A stretch of 64,000 nucleotides of DNA from positions 80,632 through 144,631 of the forward strand of contig CAVXHK010000004.1 in assembly GCA_963761705.1 (NCBI GenBank), written 5' to 3'. Every line of letters starts with the position of its first letter. Position 1 is the first letter of the stretch. The stretch is from an uncultured Verrucomicrobiae bacterium (GTDB taxonomy: Bacteria; Verrucomicrobiota; Verrucomicrobiia; Chthoniobacterales; JAATET01). A program made the translations under genes and the position numbers. Below the pieces are notes generated by a model. It was not told the origin of the DNA. It saw only the letters and a list, made by a program, of their open reading frames with translations, and did not search any database. Of the stretch, positions 55,724-64,000 are shown piece after piece.

Positions 55724-56605
55724 ATGCGAAACGGACTCTCACCCTTGGCCCGGACGGAAAGCCTCATCGAGGCGCTGCCCTACATCCAGCGCTTTCGCGG
55801 CCAGACGTTCGTGATCAAATACGGCGGCAGCGCGATGGAAGACGAACAGCAGGTCGACCGATTATTGCGCGACGTTGTTTTCATGGAGGCGGTCGGGATC
55901 AACCCAGTCGTTGTGCACGGCGGCGGCAAGGCGATCTCGGCAAAGATGCGCGAAGCCGGGGTTGCGCCCGTGTTCGTAAACGGTCTGCGCGTGACGGACG
56001 AGGCGTCTGTTCGGATCGTCGAGGACATTCTCGACGGTGTGATTAATCCGGGCATCGTAGCGACCATCGTGCGTCACGGTGGGCACGCGACCGGGCTCTC
56101 CGGGAAAAATACGTTTACCGCCGCGAGGCTGAAACCGATCGAGGCCGACGGCGGGAAGGTGGTGGACATCGGGTTTGTCGGTTCAGCCACCACCGTTCGG
56201 GCTGACGACGTGCGGGCCGCCATTGCGGCCGAACGCGTGCCCGTCATTTCGCCGATTGGTGCCGACGCTTCGGGGCAGGTTCTCAACATCAACGCCGACG
56301 TCGCCGCTGCCGCCTTGGCGAGGGAACTGGGAGCGGAAAAGTTAATCTTCGTGAGTGATGTTCCGGGGATCATGCGCGATCCTGATCGGAAGGACTCCCT
56401 GATCCCGAGCGTGACCGTCGAACAGACTCGGGCGCTGATGAAAGAGAAGATCATCGCGGGCGGAATGATTCCAAAGGTCGAGTCGGCGGTCCGCGCCCTG
56501 GAGGCTGGTGTCGGTAAGGTCCACCTCGTCGGCGGAGCGGTGCATCACTGTCTTCTGCTCGAGATCTTCACCAACGCCGGTGTTGGGACGGAGATTGTCA
56601 GATAG
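55724..56605 (+). CDS. argB: Acetylglutamate kinase
   Basis: EALPYI, VIKYGGSAM, VHGGG, GLRVTD, NINAD and GGMIPKV. Confidence 0.97.
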   Translation: MRNGLSPLARTESLIEALPYIQRFRGQTFVIKYGGSAMEDEQQVDRLLRDVVFMEAVGINPVVVHGGGKAISAKMREAGVAPVFVNGLRVTDEASVRIVEDILDGVINPGIVATIVRHGGHATGLSGKNTFTAARLKPIEADGGKVVDIGFVGSATTVRADDVRAAIAAERVPVISPIGADASGQVLNINADVAAAALARELGAEKLIFVSDVPGIMRDPDRKDSLIPSVTVEQTRALMKEKIIAGGMIPKVESAVRALEAGVGKVHLVGGAVHHCLLLEIFTNAGVGTEIVR

Positions 56606-56617
56606 GTCGTGATAAAA

Positions 56618-57676
56618 TCACGCGACCCGATCCAGTAACCAGGCTGCTCCGGCGAGGGCAATCGCCGCAGAGGCGGCGGGAATGCCCCACTTCGTCCAGG
56701 TCGCAATATTTCGCATGCGAAGAAGGAGCGGGAGGGTGATTGCCGCGAGCGTGATTTGACCGAGCTCGACCCCGACGTTGAAACTAAGAAGGGGAAGGAT
56801 TGCGCCCGAGGTCGAGGCTCCAATTCCGAGGCTTTGCAAAACTGACGCGAAGCCCATCCCGTGGACGAGGCCAAACGCAACCGTGAGCAAGTATCGCCCG
56901 CGCGGTTCGCCCCTGCGGACGAGGTTCTCGACGGCAACGTAGATGATGGAACTGGCGATGACCGCTTCGACGGCGCGGTTGGGGAGAGTCACGATCTGGA
57001 AAGTCGCGAGAGCGAGCGTGATGGAGTGGGCGATCGTGAAGCAAGTGATGATGCGAAGTGCATCGCCGTAGCTCCGCACGACGATCAACAGCGCGATTAA
57101 AAACAGGATGTGATCGAAACCGATGAGGATGTGCTCGAAGCCAAGCACGACAAAGCCGCCGAACGAGGGCGTGCGCACAGCCTTGGCTGAATCGGTCGAG
57201 GTTCCCGCGGGCGATTCGGTTTCGATATCGACCGAGTCGGAGCCGGCTTTCAGGAGGATTACGCGGATCGGATTTCCTGCGGAATCGCGGACCGTCAGGA
57301 GCTGACGATGGCCGAAACTGAGTCGGTTGACGAGGGGCGACCGGATTGTCAGTTGAGTCGCGCCAGGCGCCGCGAACTCGAAGTCAAACTGGACGTTGTT
57401 CGCGGCATCGGACGTTGCTGACGAGCTGGCGGGCTCAAGGGTCTCATCGTTTGCAACGAATTGGATGGCTTCGACAAGCAACGCCTCGGGACTGGAGTCC
57501 GTTCCGGCAGTAAGAGCCTGGAGCTCAACGCTGGAGAACGTCGCAACCACTTGGATACTTGCTGACCCAAGCGTGACGCTCGTGCTGCTCAACCCAGGAT
57601 CGTGGGCTGAAGCGCACGGCAGGAGGGCGGAGAAGATCAGCGCAAGGGCCAGACATTGGGAGGTTCGCTTCCCCAT
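56618..57676 (-). CDS. HupE/UreJ-family membrane protein with an extracytoplasmic N-terminal domain
   Basis: Signal peptide ending ASA-HD, then GFEHILIGFDHILF, FTIAHSITL, FGLVHGMGFA and FNVGVELGQ. Confidence 0.9.
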   Translation of the reverse strand: MGKRTSQCLALALIFSALLPCASAHDPGLSSTSVTLGSASIQVVATFSSVELQALTAGTDSSPEALLVEAIQFVANDETLEPASSSATSDAANNVQFDFEFAAPGATQLTIRSPLVNRLSFGHRQLLTVRDSAGNPIRVILLKAGSDSVDIETESPAGTSTDSAKAVRTPSFGGFVVLGFEHILIGFDHILFLIALLIVVRSYGDALRIITCFTIAHSITLALATFQIVTLPNRAVEAVIASSIIYVAVENLVRRGEPRGRYLLTVAFGLVHGMGFASVLQSLGIGASTSGAILPLLSFNVGVELGQITLAAITLPLLLRMRNIATWTKWGIPAASAAIALAGAAWLLDRVA

Positions 57677-57704
57677 GACAAACGAGATTGCACACCAGCG
57701 CGTG

Positions 57705-57732
57705 CCGCGGCGACCAGACGTGGTCGCCGCGG
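57705..57732. other. Perfect 12-bp intercistronic hairpin
   Basis: CCGCGGCGACCA-GACG-TGGTCGCCGCGG between the DUF4331 and HupE/UreJ genes; no U-tract. Confidence 0.6.
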
Positions 57733-57749
57733 AGTCGCGATGGTTTGCG

Positions 57750-59345
57750 TTACGGTGCTGGGTTGGACGCTGAAGGGTGCGTGTGGTTGCGCCCATTCTG
57801 CGGCGTTGCCTCGTAAGGGAAGACCTTGCTGTAGGTCGCGTCGTTCCGATTCACCCCATCGATTCCGGCGGCGGAGTTGATGATGAGGTTGTTCGGATCG
57901 CGCAGATCGCTGATCAACGCGGTCACGGCTATGTCGACGACGTCATCGCCGAAGCGACGACCGTTGGGCCAACCGCCGGGGATGTTGCCGCCATTGGCGA
58001 AGGGGTCTTGGATTGCGCTCGGCAGCGTATCACCTCCGAAGATGCTCTGGTTGGAGAAACCAGCGTCATCCGGATTGGTGTCACCTGGGACAGCTCCGAT
58101 TGCGTTACCGCTACCGGCGAGCCGGGCGGGTGGCGTCGAGAGATCGACTTTAATCGTGTCTGGGATGTAGATCCCAGCGATGTCGGTCCGGTTGGTCTCG
58201 ACTGCCGGCCCACTGCCACCAAAGACGATTGCGTTGATCAGCGCCGCTAGCTCGGGGTTGAGGGCGTAATCGCGGAACGTCGTGGCGTCGACCTGCGGCG
58301 TGGTGCGCGAGTAGAGATCCTTGTCCGCGATAGCGACGAGCGCTTCGTTGAACAGGGGATTACCCTGGCGGGCAACCTGAACGAACGTTGGGACGACCGT
58401 CTGCGTCGTGGTGTTGGTGCGCACGACGTTGATGCGGGTCCGGCGGCCATTCGGCGACTTCGAGACTTTACGGTCACGATCGGAGGTCGTGTTGGTGACA
58501 ATGTTAAACGTCGGACGGCTGGTTGTGCCCCAGACGCCGACAATCTGTTGATCGCCGCCGAGCTGGTTCACGGGTATTGCGATGGCCATCATGTGAATGT
58601 TGAAACCGCCCTGGGAATCGACTCCGGTGTTCGGGTCGGTGCCATTCGCGGTGGAACGCAGCGAGAGGAGATCGAAGATCGAGTTGATGTCGCCGTAGAA
58701 GCCGTCATCCCGCTGGCCGGCGAAGACGATCGTCCCATCGGGAAACGTGGTGACGGCTTGAGCGGTGTAGTCATCAAGCATTCCGCCGAGGATGACACCT
58801 GGCTTGGCGGGGTTGTTGCCGTCGTTACCTTGGTTGTAGAGCGGGGTGGCGACGCCTTGGTTATTTGGCGGGACCGTTCCAGTTCCGAGGAGAACGTTGG
58901 AGTTGTCGTTGAAATCGAACTTCCGGACCGAGTAGGTCTGGATGAGGTTCTGATTTGCATCGCCGACCGAATTGATCACTCCAAGGTAGGACTGGAGGAT
59001 GGTGTTCTGGTTCCGGTAGGTCGTATTGAAGCGGAACTCGTACGTGAGCGTGCGCGTGCCGGCGGCGACGTTTGGTCCGGTGGCAATGTTGATGCCGTAA
59101 ACGACGTTGTCGTCGAAGTTGTATTTGTTCGGGCCGACGCCGGGTTCTTGGTGCGGATAGACGCCGAGCGCGGTGACGAGATACTTCTGGCCGCCGATGC
59201 TGGAGACAAACGCGTAGACGTCGGTCGTGTTTGCGGCTGGATCGAGGGTGATGAGCGGGGCATCCATGTGACTGGATGCAAATGCTCCCCCGGTTAGTGA
59301 GACAACCCCAGCGATGGCGAGGTTGCGGATGAGTGATTTCTTCAT
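57750..59345 (-). CDS. Secreted DUF4331-family protein
   Basis: Signal peptide then SSHMDAP, TDVYAF, FAGQRDDGF, RQGNPLFNE, GWPNGRRFGDDVVD and FPY. Confidence 0.9.
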   Translation of the reverse strand: MKKSLIRNLAIAGVVSLTGGAFASSHMDAPLITLDPAANTTDVYAFVSSIGGQKYLVTALGVYPHQEPGVGPNKYNFDDNVVYGINIATGPNVAAGTRTLTYEFRFNTTYRNQNTILQSYLGVINSVGDANQNLIQTYSVRKFDFNDNSNVLLGTGTVPPNNQGVATPLYNQGNDGNNPAKPGVILGGMLDDYTAQAVTTFPDGTIVFAGQRDDGFYGDINSIFDLLSLRSTANGTDPNTGVDSQGGFNIHMMAIAIPVNQLGGDQQIVGVWGTTSRPTFNIVTNTTSDRDRKVSKSPNGRRTRINVVRTNTTTQTVVPTFVQVARQGNPLFNEALVAIADKDLYSRTTPQVDATTFRDYALNPELAALINAIVFGGSGPAVETNRTDIAGIYIPDTIKVDLSTPPARLAGSGNAIGAVPGDTNPDDAGFSNQSIFGGDTLPSAIQDPFANGGNIPGGWPNGRRFGDDVVDIAVTALISDLRDPNNLIINSAAGIDGVNRNDATYSKVFPYEATPQNGRNHTHPSASNPAP

Positions 59346-60745
59346 GACTTCGTTTTTTTGGTTTCTGTTTCTGGTTTGGGTGATCCGTTTTCGACGCGCT
59401 CCGGAGGCGGGAGAGTGGCAGTGAGCTCTTTTTCGAGCTCGGAGAGGCGAGCGCGTTCCGAAGGAAGAAGCGTATGACTGAGTTCCTTGGTGGCACCGAG
59501 CCACTCTCTCGAATCGGCGAGGCGACCCGCGTGAAAATTGATGACGCTGGCGTGCAGGTAAAGACGACCGTCCTCGGTTCCTTCTGCGAGTGCCCGCTCC
59601 AAATGGGGAAGCGCTTCCTCCGTCCTTCCGGCAGCATCCAGAGCCCAGGCGAAGGCGTCGTGGGTGAAAATGTCCTGCCGATTTTCCAGTTCTTCGCCGG
59701 CGAGCCGGACGGCGAGCATCGGTTCGAGCCGACGGGTTGCCAGGAACAGTGCCAACGTCCGGGGATCGTCGCGTTCGCCGCGGGAGCGAATGAGCGTTTC
59801 GACTTTCTCCGCTTCGGCTATCTCGCCCGATTCACGAAGAGCTTCCGCGAGGGTCCAGCGAGGCTCTGGGAGGGGGTTTGCGTCGGCTGCTTTTTTCAGA
59901 GGCTCGATCGCAGCAGTTGCGTTTCCCGCCGCGAGGAGCATTTTTCCTCTGAGCAGCAATGCGGGCGCGTAAGCGGGGAAGGCCGCGAGTCCGGCGTCGT
60001 TTGCCTTTTCCGCGAGAGCCGTCTGTCCGACCTGAAACTCGAAGGTCGCGAGGCGAGTGGTCGTCCACGCGAGGGACTCGGGATCGGCCATTGAACTCGC
60101 ACCGACGGAGAGTCTGGCGAGCTCGATCGCCCCATCGACGCTTCCGAGAAGCCAGCGAAGATTGGCTGCGCGGGCGTAGGTTTGGAGGTCGGGACGGAGA
60201 TCAAGCGCTTTCTGGTAGGCGGGAATGGCTTCCTCGAGGCGACCGAGTTCCAGCGATGAATCGCCCAATAACGAATAGTCGTAGGGATTGCCACGGAGCT
60301 CGACGAGTCGCTCTGCCCGGGCGTGTGCGGCAAAGAAGCGGTGCAGATTTTGGTCAATGTGACCTTGGAGAAGAAGGGCTTCCGGTGAGTCGGGATTGTC
60401 GACCGCAAGAAGAGCCGCGCAGCCTTCCCCGAGACGATAGTAGCCGGGGTCGAAGCTCTCGCGAGCTTTCGCGACGTAAGCCCAGCCAAGGCGCTCGAGG
60501 TTGGCATCGAGCATGAACCCCCGCCGGACAGCGGCTTGATATTTTTGGATCGTCTTGTCCGCTTGAGATTCTCCGACGTGTTCACTGAGAACGAGCGCAA
60601 GTGAGTCCACAGGATTGTCGAGGACCGTTGGGGAAGCGCTGGTCTGATCAGCCGGACCGCAACCGGCGGTTAGACAAGCCGCAAGGACGGCCCCCAGGAA
60701 AATGGCGAAACGCGCAGCGGCGAAGTGGAAGATCGTTCTCAGAAT
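59342..60745 (-). CDS. TPR-repeat lipoprotein (start uncertain; first canonical start GTG at 60610, in-frame lipobox further upstream)
   Basis: TPR helices (LGRLEEAIPAYQKALDLRP, AAGRTEEA); in-frame upstream FLGAVLAACLTAGC; ATGA overlap with the DUF4331 gene. Confidence 0.8.
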   Translation of the reverse strand: MLRTIFHFAAARFAIFLGAVLAACLTAGCGPADQTSASPTVLDNPVDSLALVLSEHVGESQADKTIQKYQAAVRRGFMLDANLERLGWAYVAKARESFDPGYYRLGEGCAALLAVDNPDSPEALLLQGHIDQNLHRFFAAHARAERLVELRGNPYDYSLLGDSSLELGRLEEAIPAYQKALDLRPDLQTYARAANLRWLLGSVDGAIELARLSVGASSMADPESLAWTTTRLATFEFQVGQTALAEKANDAGLAAFPAYAPALLLRGKMLLAAGNATAAIEPLKKAADANPLPEPRWTLAEALRESGEIAEAEKVETLIRSRGERDDPRTLALFLATRRLEPMLAVRLAGEELENRQDIFTHDAFAWALDAAGRTEEALPHLERALAEGTEDGRLYLHASVINFHAGRLADSREWLGATKELSHTLLPSERARLSELEKELTATLPPPERVENGSPKPETETKKTKS

Positions 60746-61479
60746 CGGGGATTACGCCGAAGCAAATTTCTTGGATCATTGTTTCGTGAATCCGCTGGAG
60801 GTGAGCTGCTCTTCGGAGCGTTGAGACGGATCTGGCGACGATGAAGGTTCGGTCGCGAGAGATGCGGCCGTCAGCCATTTTTGTCTGAGTCGGTTCAGGA
60901 CGACGGATTTCGATTCGGCCAACTGGCTCAGTCCGGTTTCCGATTCTGGGATCCGGCAAGGCATCGTTTTCGTTGGAGAACATTCACGGTCTCTCCGCGC
61001 GCTTCATCCGCCCGCCACCTCGTGGGAAAGCCGCAGAATGCAGATGTCGTTCTCGCCGGACCGAATCCATTGGGGACAAAGCAAACGCGTGGTGAGAAAT
61101 CGGAACGTCCTCTCGGCGTCGTCAGAAGTCTGAGGTGAGGCGACTCCCAATCAGGCGGATGCTTGTTGGCTCAATCCCTTTCACGGGCAGACCCCGCGCG
61201 TTGGTTACGGTAACTGAGAAGTCGGCGCGCCGACGCGGCCTAGTTCATTGGCTCGACGCCTCGCCGATCGGACGCCGGAACTCGGAGGTCTTCGAGGACA
61301 CCATCCCGATCCGCGACTTCGGTATTACCCTTATTTTCAGACTACTTCCGACCCGGGTGAACCGGGTGCCAGCCGGTGAGTAGTTAGACTTTTCCGCCGT
61401 CTGCAAAGGCTTTACGGTGCAAACTCTAAACCTAATCCTCACCGATTTTATCGTTCTCGAACAAACCCATCCAGATCTC

Positions 61480-63093
61480 ATGAAAACAATCTACCTGATC
61501 GCCAACGGCGACCTTCGCATCGCCGCCAACCAAACCTGTGAGGCCGCGCAGGCCGCAATGGAAACGCAAGTTGTTGCCGCGGTCGAAGCCGCCGGAGCCG
61601 AAGTCAAGCGGGCGCACGCCTTCGACGAAACCAAACAACACGGCTTCATCGACAGCCAGAAATACGGCATGGAGGTCTTCCGCGGCATCCCGCCCGACGC
61701 ACCGCTCATTGTCGCCGAGGCGGTCTGGCAATACAGTCACCACGTGCTGGCCGGACTGACGACGCACCGGGGGCCGATCCTGACCGTGGCAAATTGGAGC
61801 GGCACTTGGCCCGGCCTCGTTGGCATGCTCAACCTCAATGGCTCGCTGACGAAGGCGGAGGTGAAATACAGCACTCTCTGGAGCGAGGATTTCTCCGATG
61901 ACTTCTTCAAGAACGGTCTCGCCGAGTGGCTGGAGAGTGGCTCGGTCAAGCACGACACGTCCCACGTCGTCGCGCTTGGCGACGTGGAGATCCCGAGCGA
62001 AGCCGCGGAGTTGGGTGAGCGTTTTGCCGCCTCGCTTCAAAAGAACAAGGCCATCATGGGCGTTTTCGACGAGGGCTGCATGGGAATGTTCAATGCGATC
62101 ATTCCGGACGCTTTGTTGCACCCGACGGGTGTGTTCAAGGAGCGGCTCAGTCAATCCGCGCTCTATGCCCGCATGCTGACCGTTACGGAAGCCGAAGCGC
62201 GGGCCGTCTACGACTGGTATCTCGGACGGGGTTTGAATTTTCACCTCGGTTCCGCCGACGCGACCGAGCTGACCGAGGAGCAGGTGCTCGAACAGTGCAA
62301 GATGTACGTTGCCGCGGTGCGGATCGCCGACGACTTCGGCTGTGCGACGATCGGCATTCAGTATCAACAGGGCCTCAAGGATCTCTGTCCCGCGTCCGAT
62401 CTGGTCGAGGGGACGCTGAACAACGTCGACCGTCCGCCGGTCTTCCGCGAAGGAACCAGCGATGAAATTTTGCCCGGGCAGGCGTTGCCTCACTTCAATG
62501 AGGTCGACGAGTGCGCGGGTCTTGACGGCCTGATCACCGACGGGCTGTGGCGTGAGCTTGGCTTCGATCCGGAGAATACCCTGCACGACCTGCGATGGGG
62601 ACGGCACTTCAAGGGGGCGTGCGCCGGTCGTGAGCTCGACGACTACGTTTGGGTGTTCCTAATTTCAGGAGCCGCGCCGCCCGCGCATTACATCGGGGGA
62701 TGGAAGGGTTCACACAGCTACCGCCAGCCACCGATGTATTTCGGCAAGGGCGGGGGAACGCTGGCGGGCGTGAGCAAGCCGGGCTGGATCGTGTGGAGTC
62801 GGGTTTACGTCGCCGATGACAGGCTGAAATTCGACACCGGTCTCGGCGAAGTCGTCGAGCTGCCAGAAGCGGAAACCAAGGATCGGCTCGAGCTAACCAC
62901 GCCGCAGTGGCCAATCATGCACGCGATCCTGCAAGGGATTACGCGCGACCAGATGATGGGGCGGCACCAGGCAAACCACATCCAAGTCGTTTACGCGCCG
63001 GATCGTGACGGGGCGAAACGCGGGTTGTTCGCCAAGGCAGCGGCGATGCGGGCGCTCGGGTTGGAAGTCGCGATCTGCGGCGAGGTTGCCTGA
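61480..63093 (+). CDS. L-fucose isomerase-family protein
   Basis: [48 protein letters not shown] and ANHIQV. Confidence 0.8.
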   Translation: MKTIYLIANGDLRIAANQTCEAAQAAMETQVVAAVEAAGAEVKRAHAFDETKQHGFIDSQKYGMEVFRGIPPDAPLIVAEAVWQYSHHVLAGLTTHRGPILTVANWSGTWPGLVGMLNLNGSLTKAEVKYSTLWSEDFSDDFFKNGLAEWLESGSVKHDTSHVVALGDVEIPSEAAELGERFAASLQKNKAIMGVFDEGCMGMFNAIIPDALLHPTGVFKERLSQSALYARMLTVTEAEARAVYDWYLGRGLNFHLGSADATELTEEQVLEQCKMYVAAVRIADDFGCATIGIQYQQGLKDLCPASDLVEGTLNNVDRPPVFREGTSDEILPGQALPHFNEVDECAGLDGLITDGLWRELGFDPENTLHDLRWGRHFKGACAGRELDDYVWVFLISGAAPPAHYIGGWKGSHSYRQPPMYFGKGGGTLAGVSKPGWIVWSRVYVADDRLKFDTGLGEVVELPEAETKDRLELTTPQWPIMHAILQGITRDQMMGRHQANHIQVVYAPDRDGAKRGLFAKAAAMRALGLEVAICGEVA

Positions 63094-63170
63094 TGGGATC
63101 TTAGCCGAATCGGGAAGCCCGTCGGAGCGGAGCGGCTGAGAAGCTCCGGATCATCGGAAAGATATCACGC

Positions 63171-63205
63171 CTTGTGACCGAGCTTCACGGAAGCTCGGTC
63201 ACAGG
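63171..63205. terminator. Strong hairpin between convergent genes
   Basis: TGTGACCGAGCTTC-ACG-GAAGCTCGGTCACA (14-bp perfect stem). Confidence 0.6.
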
Positions 63206-63224
63206 AATTCTCGGTTCGAACGGT

Positions 63225-64000
63225 TCAGGCGACGGTCTCCAGGGCTTTAACGCGTTTGTAGAGTTTTCCGAGCCGTGAGATCTGGGCGCAGTTTTCCCGG
63301 TATTCCTTGATTGGCCGGGCCGGGCCGCCGCCGACGATCTCACCGCCAGGGACACTCTTGTTGACGCCACTCTGGGCGGCGACGATCGCTTTGTCGCCGA
63401 TTTCGAGGTGGCCGACGATGCCAGCCTGCCCCGCTAGCGTTACGTATTTGCCGACTCGGGTGCTGCCCGAGACGCCGACTTGGGAACACAGCATTGAGTG
63501 CTCGCCAACACTCACGTTGTGCGCGATCTGAACGAGGTTGTCGATTTTTGTGCCGGTCCGGATCCAGGTTCGCCCGAAGCGGGCTCGGTCAATGGTCGCA
63601 TTCGCCCCGATTTCGACGTCGTCGTCGATTTGTACGATGCCGGTCTGTGGGATCTTCGCGTGTCGTCCGTCTTTGAGTTCGTATCCAAATCCGTCGGAGC
63701 CAATAACGGCACCACTCTGGATTTCCACCCTCTCTCCGAGCACGCAACGGTCTTCAACAACAACTCGTGGATGGAGACGACAACCCGAGCCCAAGATGGC
63801 ACCGTGACCAATTGTACAGTGGGATTGAATGATCGTATCGGCCCCGATTCGAGCCCCGGATTCGATCGCAGCGAACGGCCCAACGTGCGCGGTGGGATCG
63901 ACGGTGGCATCGGAAGCGACGACTGCCGATGGGTGGATCCCGTGCGGAAACTCGCGCGGTGTCGGGGCGAATTCGGCCAAAATTAACGCAAACGCGGCGG
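63225..64000 (-). CDS. lpxD: UDP-3-O-acylglucosamine N-acyltransferase (5' end beyond the window)
   Basis: GIHPSAVV, hexapeptide repeats, [27 protein letters not shown] and [12 protein letters not shown]. Confidence 0.96.
   Translation of the reverse strand, partial: AAFALILAEFAPTPREFPHGIHPSAVVASDATVDPTAHVGPFAAIESGARIGADTIIQSHCTIGHGAILGSGCRLHPRVVVEDRCVLGERVEIQSGAVIGSDGFGYELKDGRHAKIPQTGIVQIDDDVEIGANATIDRARFGRTWIRTGTKIDNLVQIAHNVSVGEHSMLCSQVGVSGSTRVGKYVTLAGQAGIVGHLEIGDKAIVAAQSGVNKSVPGGEIVGGGPARPIKEYRENCAQISRLGKLYKRVKALETVA

Noticed and set aside
60780..61479. Expected ECF sigma/anti-sigma or other regulator upstream of the TPR-DUF4331 operon
   Set aside because: No convincing ORF or recognisable RNA motif found in this ~700-bp gap.

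Overview
The window is most likely from a GC-rich verrucomicrobium (Spartobacteria/Chthoniobacter-like), inferred from a Verru_Chthon pilin-like cassette, a PEP-CTERM protein and many Cys-type sulfatases. It has three parts. (1) 1-44096 is a glycan-utilisation locus: 5 sulfatases, 2 GH78 and 1 GH106-like rhamnosidases, a GH37 trehalase-like enzyme, two clan GH-A candidates, an unclassified (alpha/alpha)6 hydrolase, a TMEM2/CEMIP-like G8 protein, an SGNH esterase, 2 GPH transporters, 2 LacI regulators and a sugar isomerase. It has no recognisable SusC/D or TonB receptor. Instead it embeds a Verru_Chthon D-B-C-A(+1) cassette whose promoter carries the same 14-bp LacI-type pseudo-palindrome (A[AG]GAAAnn[TA]TTCCT) found upstream of several CAZyme/sulfatase genes. 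(2) about 44100-53260 is a visibly more AT-rich element downstream of tRNA-Pro(GGG). It holds a 189-bp palindromic MITE with an 8-bp target duplication, a ~1300-aa protein that appears to consist of several tandem tyrosine-recombinase-like domains (only the last intact), a highly structured intergenic region, a catalytic-core-only tyrosine recombinase, a membrane J-domain protein and an XRE regulator with palindromic operators. (3) 53432-64000 is core-like: argC-argJ-argB, a TPR-DUF4331-HupE/UreJ operon, a fucose-isomerase-family gene and a partial lpxD. All family assignments come from motif recognition by eye; no searches or folding programs were run.
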